From Lepidodermella squamata (taxonomy: Eukaryota > Animalia > Gastrotricha): a stretch of DNA of 64,000 bases. Made by a program: the position numbers and the translations under genes. The number at the start of each line of letters is the position of its first letter. Within the stretch, counting starts at the first letter, position 1. The notes beneath the pieces were generated by a model. The model saw only the letters and a program-made list of their open reading frames with translations. It was not told where the DNA came from and ran no database searches. Location: contig JBLDXI010000043.1 of assembly GCA_047495785.1 (NCBI GenBank), positions 558,001 to 622,000 on the forward strand, given 5' to 3'. This document shows, in pieces, positions 12,642 through 24,074 of this stretch.

Positions 12642-15600
12642 ATGTCACGTTTCTCAATCATTGCTTTTTTACTGGTTGCCGACATGGCGGGTTCGGCTGT
12701 CGTCCCTTCCGTAACTGACCTGCAAGATTTTCGAAGTTTGACCGCATTGCTAGAGCGCATGGGGGCGGCGAGGCAGGCGGATAGCGAATCGCCCGATACC
12801 GCACCGCTCCTTCGCAACACCCCTACGCCTTCAACGTCTCTTGCTTCGCCGATAAAGTTGTGGTTTGGCAACACTTCGCAACCTGGATGGACTGATCCTT
12901 TGTACGTCGAAGCAGGCATGATCAATTCAAAATGAAATTGTTTTCAAAAATTCGTTTATTTTATTCATCCTTTACAGGTCCTTTGATTCGAGCAGAATTC
13001 ATGAAGATGCAGGCCTTTCTGTCCAGCGTTACATGCATACAATTCGAAAATCCAACCACCTTCACTCCTGGCCAAGCTGGCCTGGCAATCTTCAGCGAGA
13101 TTCCAGATGCGCTGTATGCCTTATTATAATAAAACAAATGAACCGTCCCCCTATTTTTGTTGCAACTTGCAGTTCTTCGACCGCTAAGATCGAACCGGAC
13201 ACATTGCTGCTAGCCATGCCAGACAAAGTTTTGACAGTTAAACAGTTGGTAGGCAAATTTCTTTCTTGTTTGCTCGTGAAGATTAATGATTGCCCAATGC
13301 CCAATGCCTGAGACTTAAAAAGCAGGCTGAATCCCCGACTGTGTTTCAAATATACGGAAATTATGTACGATATCTAGCATTTTGTTTCGCTACTAATAGA
13401 GAAATCAGGTTCCTGCCACGTTCTTCCTATTATCGGGATTCGCATGGGAAGTGCTGCGATCTGACTTACGCGATTACATGGAAGTCGACCCTGTTCTTCA
13501 AAACGAAACGTAAGTGATAACTAAGCAGAATGTCATCAACCGATCTGTGTAATCTATTCTAGGATTGACTACTTTATACAACGGTATCCCGACCTGACTT
13601 TCGGAGTGCCATTCGACTACGACTCTGGGACTCATACATCATTGCTCGCTGACAATGAAACCCGGTTGTTGCTACATCCGTACGACTCGCGCTACCTATC
13701 GACCATTGGGCATCGCAACTATATGTCTCATTACGATTTACTGAAAATGAATCATCTTTACAACTGCTTCGGTAAGCATTTTCGGAAACACAACATAGCT
13801 ATGGCATTTCATTTATGGATTCGAGATTATTCCTGCCAAATTTATCGACGAACCCATCTACTTGTACTTTTTATCACCCTTTCTTAACATCTTTCCAGAC
13901 TTGAAAACTAAAGTGATCTCTATTATTTGTCAGCTGATCCAAATTGCAACGGTACAAAATGCGAGAACGGTGGCTTCCCAAATCCTGCTAAAAACTGCAC
14001 GATATGCCAGTGCCCGTTCGGATTCGTAGGCCCTCGGTGCGAAACTTTCGCGTCTGCTGTTCCGCCGGGCAGCTGTGGCGGCCCAGTTGTAGTCTCTCCG
14101 TGCAACAAAACGTTCATCGAGTCTCCAGCTAGTTACACCGCTGGCAGCAGCTGTTCGTGGCTCGTTTCAACTGTTAGATTCATTTTACAATTTGCGGAAG
14201 AATATTTTATTCTTAAAAATATTAACAATCTTTTACTCTTTCTCATTATGTGCACTTTGACTTCATATCAGGGAGCCGATAGCGGTTTGATTTTCGTCTT
14301 CGAAAAAAGGCCCAACCTGCAATGTTCAAACGGTAAGGCCTAGCTTGTTTGATCTATGATCTGAAAACTCGGTGATTATTCTTTTAATTAAAGTGTCCAA
14401 AGTTTGTGACGATTTCGTTCTTATTCGCGATCTTGGTGGCGCGGAAAGCTATCCAGGATTCAAGTAAGTCTTTTCAACGCTGGCACCTCAAAACATAGAT
14501 TGAGGGCCTTAAATTGATGAGGCTAAAGAAAATTATAGGATGGACGGTATTGAAAAACATTGAATCAGCCTAATCAATTTAATATTGCAGATTTTGCGCG
14601 TGTGGTGTCAGCAGTGGTCGAGCGTTCGTCACAGACAAACCACAAGCTATGGTGCACATGCAGGCGATAGTCGGGCAGCAGTCGCCAGATCAGGGCTTCC
14701 AACTTGTTGTCTACGCAACTTGCAAGGGCGTTAAAGCTTCGAACCTGTCGAAGGAGATCATCCTCACGTCGACGGGTTACGACTACGAAGGCACGGACCT
14801 GAAGACAACCAGCTCCAATGAAACCTGCATCCCATGGACAGCGCAGTCTGTCTACGCCGATCTGGACCTTCCGGGAGGCGGCCTCAACGCTTCGCAGAAC
14901 GCATGTCGCAATCCTAACTCGGGACCTGGCCTCTCTTGTTTCGTCGGAAATTCGACTACGCTGGCTAGCTGCTCGACTCGTAAGCTCTCTCGTTAATTTT
15001 CCCATTTTTCCAAATGCAATTTTGTTTTCATATAGCGGTGAATAATGCAACTCAGCCAATGCGCTTTGTTCGCTGTGTCAACACTCAGACGAGCGAATTC
15101 GTTAGCTGTCGCCAGAATACGTGCCTATCAGGCGAGACTACTCTCAGCGGCAAAGCTGATTTGAAATCGTGCAACCAAGGCGTAAGTTTCAGACGGAAGA
15201 TTCTGGCCACTCGCCAAGCTCTCCCAACTTGAACTAAATTTACAGCTTGGACACTAGATGTCGGGTTTCCCAAACCTTAGGTTTCAGGTCTAGGGATAAG
15301 ATCCGTGGGCGCTTTACACTAGGATTTCTGATTTCCAGCAGTGGATGGGTTACGTCTTTAGGTCTTCGGTTTACCTTTTTTGTCTTTAGGTTACAAAGAG
15401 GTGCTACACGGGGAAAATATTCCGTTGTGTTATGAATACCATGAAGTGTGACAAGCCTGGCGAAACTGAGGTGAGCTATTTAACATGAAAAGAAGGGCTT
15501 CGCTACTATTTCTTTACCTAATAGAGCACGGCAACGGGACCTTTCAACGTGTTCCGCTACTTCTCTCGCAACTGGCTCGACTGTCAACACGTCGATGGCA

Positions 15601-15859
15601 TGGTACGCTTGAACTTGCTTCAACTTGTAAAATGTGCTCCCCTCAATGTTGATATTTTGCAGGAGTATTATCAGTGCTTTAAGAAAGGCTCATCTCCGCC
15701 TGCCTTCGTAGATTGCCGCCGCGACAAATGTCTTGATGATGAAGTTGGTATTTTTGACACTCTCTTTCTATGTAGCTGCGAATTCTTTTCGTCCTTTTTC
15801 AGAATCCAGTCGGACCTTTTGGGACGCCGATAAGTTGTTTTGCGAATAACAATAACTAA
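12642..15859 (+). CDS. Secreted inactive astacin-like / EGF / CUB / kringle-like / Cys-rich-tail protein, paralog 1 (many short exons)
   Basis: Signal peptide MSRFSIIAFLLV; TCIQFE; degenerate zinc motif ATFFLLSGFAWEVLRSD; PFDYDS; IGHRNYMSHYDLLKMNHLYNC; CENGGFPNPAKNCTICQCPFGFVG; CGG...CSWLV; DYEG...CIPW...ACRNPNSGPGLSCF; intron phases checked match paralogs 2 and 3. Confidence 0.85.
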
Positions 15860-16260
15860 GCTCGAAGTTGCCGAGGTTGCCAAGTCGCAGAAATATGGAT
15901 AAACAGCTTAATGTGATTTACGCTCCATACATGTATGATCTTTTATCTGTTTATTGTGATATAATAAGTTGAAATAATCTTACCGTCTATTTATTGCGCT
16001 GATTTGATGATAATTAAAGTTATTTGTGAAATAATTAGGAAAACAATGACGTGAATAAGTATCTCTCTGAAATAGTGAACAAGCAGGAACTGATGCTCAG
16101 AGAGCTCGAACTTTTATTTATTCTGTTGTTCTTTTGACTTTCAATTGTTATTAATTTTCATTTGTTCAGATTCATTTTCAAGTATACCAAAACAGCTGTT
16201 TCCACCGTCTTACTAATTGAGAGACCCCACAATGTCTGCTTTTATACAAAAGCTTTCAAG

Positions 16261-16411
16261 CAGGGTGCGAAGTACAGGGGTGCTGGGGTGTCGCAACACC
16301 CCAGCTCCGGAACTCCAACCAGAGGAAGGCTGAAAAAACCTCTTTGGTTTCTTCGGTTGGGTCCTAGAAAACAAGTAGAAAACAAGCTCCCGGATCCTAC
16401 TTCGCACAGTG
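16261..16411. mobile_element. hAT-like MITE, 151 bp
   Basis: Imperfect TIRs CAGGGTGCGAAGTA / TACTTCGCACAGTG; 8-bp TSD CTTTCAAG / CTTTTAAG (one mismatch). Confidence 0.7.
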
Positions 16412-17899
16412 CTTTTAAGGAAGATTTACATGTCGCGCGGTTCGGTGTTGATGTAGGTATAAGTACATACACATTTGGGGGCAGAAGGATGTACTGGTTT
16501 ATTTGTTTGTCGTCTGGCACTCGAATTTTGAAAGAACTTGAACCGCCTGCCGTGTGACTTTGCCATGGCCTGGAGTCGAACACGTTCGAATGAATTTTTA
16601 AATAATCACCGGGACCTACTCACCACTCAATGACATACATTTTCGGCTTAAATACGAAATCGACACCTTCCTTCACAATCAAGTAGGGTTCAGCTCGATG
16701 GTCAATGGCTTTGATCAATTAGCAAAATTGAACTTACCGTGGCGTTGATTTACCTGTTCTGTGAAAAAGGGCTAAAAATTGCGTTGATTGTTCGAGTACG
16801 GCCTTTCCGCCGTAGTTTTCGGTATTTTCAATTGCGGTGCAATCAGTCTTTTATGCTGTAATCTTACGTAATTCGATCGATTAGTAAGGGGGTGATTTCT
16901 CCCATCGTCAGATGAACCATCAATGACCTCAATCAAAATTTTCGATTTAAGACTCAATCGAGCGCCGAATCTAGACGAATTCATAACTAAACGATTCCCC
17001 ATCATAAAAACCGCAAATTTGCTTGAAACTCGAACCAAAAATTCGGCTTGCGTAATTGCTATGGTTGACTAGGCCTGGGCTTGGAGGTCCTCTTTTAAAA
17101 TTTGGAGCCTCTAGCTATCTGCTTACCTGGTCAAAAATGGAAGGCCATTGTCCTCATTTCAGCCAAATTTAAATTTAAATAACAATAAATCGATCTTTAT
17201 TCGACGTAGCATGTTTGATGGTTGCCATCGATAACAACTATCAAATTGAGATGTGAGCATGAGGCATGAGAATTAGGAAAATAAGCTTTTTCGAATTGGA
17301 ACTTGTCTTGCTAAACTAGTTTATTTACCATTAACGCTTTTTCACCCGGCTAGTTGACTATTTTTTTAGTTTAAAATTTAAAGTGGAACGTTCAGGTTCA
17401 AAAAATCACGTCAACATCAATCTATCGAACTATTTTTAGAGTGGACTTCGCTCCGGCCATCACGCGTGCCATGGCGTTACAGTTTTCACTTTTTCTTATT
17501 TTTCCACTTCTCAATTTTTCAAGTTAACAGTGATTTTGCGATAATAACGATATTAAGAAATTAAAATCTTTATCAAGATATTTCCTGAATTGCTGCCTAA
17601 TAAGGTTGTTATTCGACGTCGAATTCTGATAACTAGCAGGTGCTATCTATCATGTGCTACCTTCTCTCTTACCTCATAATGAGGCGCTATCTGAAAGCTG
17701 TATATACCATGCAAATTTGAGCCTTTTCAAAATTGTTCAACCTGTTAAATCTGTTACATTGAATAGCACATCAAAATTGGCTCTCATCTCAAACCTTTTC
17801 TGGTGGCCGATGACCGATGATTCGACTGCTGATTCATTCTCACCTTGTCCGTCATGCCGCAATTGTTGATTTTATAGACTTTTGGATTTTTATAGTGAA

Positions 17900-20800
17900 A
17901 TGTTCGGCATCGCGATAGCTCTCGGCTGCTTGGTTGGACTTTCTTTCGCGCAGTATGTGACTGATATGCCAGCAGCGGTGAATGGAGCTTACCCGGAACC
18001 CACGTATTCGTCACCGATTAAGGTCTACATTCCAGAAGATCCTAAATGGGACGGAGGACTATTCGAAAGATTAAAAGTACCCCTCGTAGGTAAGAAAAAT
18101 CACCTGTCACGTATCAATTAGACCGGCCATTCGCCACGAAAATTATATTTCTTTATTAATCGGATTGAATACGTGAATACAAATAATAATTTGGTTAGAA
18201 TTGGCATTTTGGCAAAATAGCAACGATTACGTTTAGGCTCGAATTGGACAGTTCAGAATACAGCGGAATTGGGACTACAGGGACTATTTATACAATTTAT
18301 ACAGTATATACAGTATATCGGCCAACAGATTAGAATTGCTATTAGCATAGAATAGCATAGACCTGCCATAAGCAGTGGTTTGGATTTGATTTGATTTGCC
18401 ACTATTTTTGGCTATTTAGATTTATAGTGATTGATTGACGCGGGGCTGCCTTTTGATTTGATTTATTTTAATTTACCGTGAGGGATGCAATCGAAAAACT
18501 TGAATTCTTGGATGTCGCTGAACTATGATATTTCCGCCTTTTTTGATAGAAATTCGCTTTGGAGACCGACGTCAGTATCAAATTCGCGTTTTTTATCCAT
18601 AGCTTGAATTTTCAAAGCCCCCAGATTGGTGAACATCCTGATGTTCATGACTTATTGTGATTTATCGGTATCAATTATATAATTTGATTGATTAAATTAA
18701 TCAAGATTAAGTTCAGTAAAAGTCGTTGATTTTGATTGATTGAAAGAGGTCCGTGATTTAAATCCAAAGCTCTGACATCTCTATCAAGTTAGCCGACAAA
18801 TTTCTGCCTTTCATTTCAAACAGGACCGACTGCACTGAGCGCCTTCAATCTAGCATTACAACAATTTACGAGCACAACGTGCATCCGATTCGAATTTATA
18901 AAGAACGACAGCTTCACGATGGGCATGAAAGCCTTCGTACCAATCGGAAAGTTTGTGTGAGTATTAGAGATTTTGTCTTGAATCGGAACACGCGCAACAT
19001 CGAAAACTGTCTGTTTTCAGTGGTTTCGATACAGCTTTGCTTGGTGCTGGTTATTCAAACATCTACCCCTTCACTCAGTCTGCTTGCCTACCAGAAATAG
19101 ACGAAAGTGTGTACAAGCAGAAAGGGCTATCTGCCTACGTAAGTTATTGACGTGTTATAGTAGTTTCAAGTAATTAATAAAATCATGGAGGAATTTCCCG
19201 CGACTGTGCCAGTGAAGGCTCAAAAAGTCGACTTTCAGGCCAATAATATGATGTGCTCATAAACATATCCATATCCATATCCATATCCATATCCATATCC
19301 ATATCCATATCCATAAGTTGAATATCTGAATTGACACCCATATCAGACCAAAAATCAGATAGAAACGCAAGCCTCGAGTAAAAATGTGTTTATTTGTATT
19401 TTCAGGTGGAAGTGATTGTGCGAGGCATGATGTACGCCTTTGGCTTCCGGTGGGGCATCCGACGCCCGGATCAGGATGCTTACGTCAAAATCAATTCAGA
19501 TTGGGGGTAATTTAATTTAAACGTCGAAATCCTCACTAAATTTTGACCCCGCCTAACCTTAGGTACATCATTGTCCCAAATATGACGACATTCGACACAC
19601 CCTTCGACTACGATACGCTAGTTTCAGACCAAAATCGCTACACCGATGATGTAGCTGCCATTGAGCCGGTCGATTTGCGCAGCCTCATGTTCATTGGCAG
19701 CCTCGACCGCCTGTCGCATTACGACATCCTGCAGTTGAACCGTCACTATAGATGCTTCGGTGAGTTGCACCTCAAGTTTTGAGCGATTCATTTAGATCTG
19801 CATAGCGCAGCTGCTTTTTATCGAAGCGGACAAATCCGCACAATGAAGGAAGTAAAATTGCCTGTCTAGGAAAATAACAAGTTTGAGCCTATATTATTAA
19901 TATTATGAACAAATAAACAAATTAATCCGGTCGCGTTTAATTTTTCAAGTTTCCGCCTCCATAGTGCGATTTTCTATTATGCTTCTGCTAAAAGTGGCTG
20001 AGCTATTCAGAATTTCCGATTTAGATTTTTGCCTAATAACTGCCCTACTTCTGAAATGCTAAGTCAATCGAACCTTTTATGACAAAATCTTTTGTGGGAG
20101 GTAGACATATATTCGAATACCGCAGCCATTCCTTATATTATATGCTTTTCTAGATAATTTTACGAAATGCCAAACTCTGACGTGCCAAAACGGCGGTTAT
20201 CCCGACCCGACTCAATCGTGCGAAAAATGCCGATGTCCTAACGGATTCGGAGGAGATCAATGTGATACCTTCGCCCCGGCTATTCCGCCCAACAGCTGCG
20301 GCGGTCCGTTGGCCGTGACGCCATGCAAATCAACCACCATTATGTCGCCGAATTACCCGGGCCAGTACGCTCCTGGCAGTTCGTGCTCTTGGCTTGTCTC
20401 ATCGGTGACCTGCCTAACAACAGAACTGAGAACATTTGGTGATTTAATTTTTTGTATCCATAGAATTACACCAGCGGATTGATTTTTGCCTTTGAGGAGC
20501 CTCCCAAGCTGTCTTGTTTACAACGTTAGTCACCTCGTGTTTGTGAAACACCATGTTTACCAATTTTTCTTGTCATCAGTCACCAATATCTGCGATGACT
20601 ACGTCATTATTCGCGATATTGGCGCCGAAGGATACCCTGGCTTCAAGTATTGTTTTATATCATTGGAGGATGAACGGGAAACAACTCTTTCAACAGGTTC
20701 TGCGCTTGTGGCGTGAACAGCGGTCGGGTCTTTGTCACGGATAAGAGCCAGGCGGTAGTCTTTTTCCGATCAAAAGGCACAACAGCTCAGAACGGCTTCA

Positions 20801-21603
20801 AACTGGTTGTCTACGCGACTTGCCCGGGCATCGCCGCCTCGAGCCTCAGCCCCGAGTCGATCATCACACAGAGTGCTTATGACTACGAAGGCTCGGCCAC
20901 CGCGACCAGCATCTCGAACGGACCTTGCCTCGACTGGAACACGGCCGGGCAGAACTACTCGAAGCTGTTGTTCCCTCGCGGCAGCCGCGTCGATTCTGGC
21001 AAGGCATGCCGCAATTTAGGCACTGGGGCTGGGCTCGTCTGCCTGGCTGGGAACCCACCGACGCTGTCTCCATGCACTGCGCCGCCAAAGTTAGGTAAGA
21101 ACCCTTTATCGATGCTATTCTTGCTTGCAATGTGAATTTTAATGATGCGAATTAAATCGCATTCTTTTTATAGTGACGAGCGAGAATTCAACCGGCACGA
21201 GCAATTCAACATCGGACAAGGTGCGTGTGCGATGCGGCTCAAAGACCACGCTTCGATTCGTCGCTTGCCGCCGGCAGTGCAACAATGCAACTGAATTCAC
21301 GTTCCTCAGCCATGGCACTGTCTATGAAGATAGATGCAACGTAGCGGTGAATTATTATTATGATATTTCTTTAAATTTCTACGTTCTATAATTCTACTGC
21401 GCTTAGACTGCCCGGAAGTGCAGTACACCTGGAAAAGGTTTCAGGTGCGATGGCAAGTGCCTGGAAGGAGAGACTGAGGTAAGCCTATTCTTTATTAGTC
21501 ATTTATATTTTGAAATGTGTATCATCGGCCGCAGGTGAAGTACAACACGTACCTGCCATTCGCTAGGAACATTGACCAATGTTTGGGTTTGCCGCTGCAA
21601 TGA
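17900..21603 (+). CDS. Secreted inactive astacin-like / EGF / CUB / kringle-like protein, paralog 2
   Basis: Signal peptide MFGIAIALGCLVGLSFA; TCIRFE; IVRGMMYAFGFRWGIRRPDQDAYVKIN (exon at 19406); LSHYDILQLNRHYRC; CQNGGYPDP; SPNYPG; DYEG...CLDW...ACRN. Confidence 0.85.
19264..19315. repeat. (ATATCC)8 microsatellite in an intron
   Basis: Perfect hexamer tandem array. Confidence 0.95.
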
Positions 21604-23161
21604 TCCGGTTGCAAAGCTGACTCGATTGATAATTTTGAAATATATGTGGATATACTGTTATAATTTGATCACAAGTCCTGTTCTCGGCTAACTATGCCCA
21701 CATAATGTAATCGATAGTCGTCGTGTTTGAAACAACAATGATTATATGTAAATGTTAAACTTACCATTCAGCTCACTAACTTGAATGTAGAAAATGTGCA
21801 CTCTTTATGTCGAAATTACTCGCTATAGGCGTGGTAGTGAAAAATGTATCTCTTAATAATGGATACTGGATACTCATATCCACATTTGACTTCGCTCTTT
21901 GATCGAAACCAAACGCACCAAACGCATCCAATACGCACCTTGTATGATTGGCGATATAGGATGATATAGGATATCGCATATAGGATGATTGGCGAATATC
22001 CGTTGTGACTCTTAAATTCTCGTTTATTCTTGATGAAATAAAAAATGCAATTATTTATTCAGTCCGCATATCCGCATTTTTGAACCATTGCGTACAAATG
22101 GTTGGCCGAAGAAGACAACATCAAGCTTGCAGTTTCAGCATAATTTTTTCGAACCCATGCCCGTATGTAGCAGGTAGCAGTGTTGCAAATTCCAGAAATA
22201 AATCTCGAGATTCACGCTTGCCTCGATGCCTCTGGTTAAAAAACACTACACGCCGGTGGGTTTCCAGGCAGAAAGTTGAAAATCCGAGTTTAATGAAAGC
22301 TCCAATCAAAGGTCATTTTACTATTTTGCCTCTTCACAAGTTTCCCTGGAGACGTTCTCCTTTCCATGCTTTTGCGACCTTCTATTACTTTCAGGTATTT
22401 TGATATGCTCGCCAACCCTCACATCCGCCTCTTATCGAATGGAGCTTTGGTCGCATAACAACCAATCTACTAAAGCATCGAACAGTCCACTTAAACGGGT
22501 TAAGATTTCCTAATTAGAAGCCTTATGTGCTTCATGTGATACAATGCGGCAACTCTTGTACTAAATTATACATCACACTCAAATAATAAAGGGCTGGTCT
22601 TTTCCTAATCAATCGCCCAGGGTATTATATATGGCCCTATATTGATTAGGCTCTCTTGCAAGCGAGTTCAACTTTCCCAGTTCGGTGTGCAAAAATGGAC
22701 AGAAAGCACATTTGCAGTTACAGCACCTAAGTAGTTTACCGTGATTCTAGAATTCGACATGCCTGCCAAGGCGATCAGCATCCAAGTTGGCGAGTTTTTC
22801 CACGTTCAAAAGAAGCCGATCCAGCGAAGGACTAGCAACCTCGATCCCACAATCAAGGTTTGCCCACAATTGCGATCACCCCGAGCGCTTGAAATTCCAA
22901 TTTCATAGCTATTTTTCACGGCTGGCTAAAATGTCGAAAATTCCCGAACCAGTTTCCGTCGGGTTTTCCCGGGTTCCACTTTTGCTTTTGCTTCGAGTTG
23001 GTGCCATTTTAGTGAAATATGAAATACATAAATTCCCGCCAAACTTTGCAAAATGAGAATTTGTTGGCTCCACTTATGTATTCCGGGACTTCTTTAACTC
23101 ACACATTTCAAATTGTTGACTTGAATTTTGAACTTTGACAAAAATTCGGTATTTTATTTAG

Positions 23162-24007
23162 CTGCATGCAGCAATCAAAACTGGGAACCTCAAGCGTGTT
23201 CAAACGCTATTCAAGCGGACCCTTCACGCCAAGGAGCGTCTGGCTATGGTGCTAGAGTGTGACTCAAATGGCGATAGCGCGTTCAACCTCGCCGCTTTTC
23301 ACGGCCAGCTGGCCATGCTCAACTACTTCCTTCAAAAAGTTGGCGAGAAATCATGGGAGCAGCTGTTGGAAACTCGCGGCTACGCTGGCCGAACGCCGCT
23401 AATGTCAGCCTGTGAATCGACATCGGGCAGCAAACTATCGGTGATAAGATTTCTAGTTGAAATCGGGGCTGATGTCTACGCGAGAGATGGCGATCAGGGC
23501 TCGATGGCGATTCATCTAGCCTGCGAAATCGGAGACCTGGCAACGGTTCGTTACCTCCTCCAAATGAGAAAGGATTTGATCGAAGTGACGAGCGGTCAAT
23601 ATCAACGAACTCCCCTTCTCCACGCATGTATGGCCCCTGGCAGTAGCAATCTCGCCACAGTTCGGTATCTAATCGAAGAGCTAAAGGCCGATCTTAATGC
23701 TGAGGAGTCAGAAGAAGGTGCTATGGCCATCCATCTCGCAGCTGAGTATGACACATCAGCCGAGCTAGTTTCCTATCTGTTAGACAAGAGGCCTGACTGG
23801 TTAGATGTTAGGACGAGTATAACAGGCTGGACCCCGTTGTTATACGCTATAGCTACCGGCAATCTCGAGGCTATTCGGTTGTTGATAGTAGAACGTAAGG
23901 CGAATCGCAAGGTCATCGTCAGCTCAGAAGGCAAAGCGGCTATCAAGTACGCGAAAGGCCATTGTCATTGGGATAAAGTGAAAAACTACCTTCGCGAGCT
24001 TCTGTAG
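23162..24007 (+). CDS. Ankyrin-repeat protein (about 7 repeats); first exon not resolved
   Basis: Acceptor AG at 23160-61 then LHAAIKTG, GDSAFNLAAFHG, GRTPLMSAC, AIHLAC, RTPLLHAC, GWTPLLYA; AATAAA at about 24033. Confidence 0.9.
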   Translation: MHAAIKTGNLKRVQTLFKRTLHAKERLAMVLECDSNGDSAFNLAAFHGQLAMLNYFLQKVGEKSWEQLLETRGYAGRTPLMSACESTSGSKLSVIRFLVEIGADVYARDGDQGSMAIHLACEIGDLATVRYLLQMRKDLIEVTSGQYQRTPLLHACMAPGSSNLATVRYLIEELKADLNAEESEEGAMAIHLAAEYDTSAELVSYLLDKRPDWLDVRTSITGWTPLLYAIATGNLEAIRLLIVERKANRKVIVSSEGKAAIKYAKGHCHWDKVKNYLRELL

Positions 24008-24044
24008 AGACTATGTGATAAAGTCGTTTCGGAATAAAGTTGAT

Positions 24045-24072
24045 AGGAATTCAAGGAATTCAAGGAATTCAA
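24045..24072. repeat. (GGAATTCAA)3 tandem at the ankyrin 3' end / LINE 5' junction
   Basis: aggaattcaaggaattcaaggaattcaag. Confidence 0.8.
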
Positions 24073-24074
24073 GT

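Noticed and set aside
18250-18480. Short degenerate repeats (ATACAGT, GATTT) in a pseudo-astacin intron
   Set aside because: Ordinary low-complexity intron sequence
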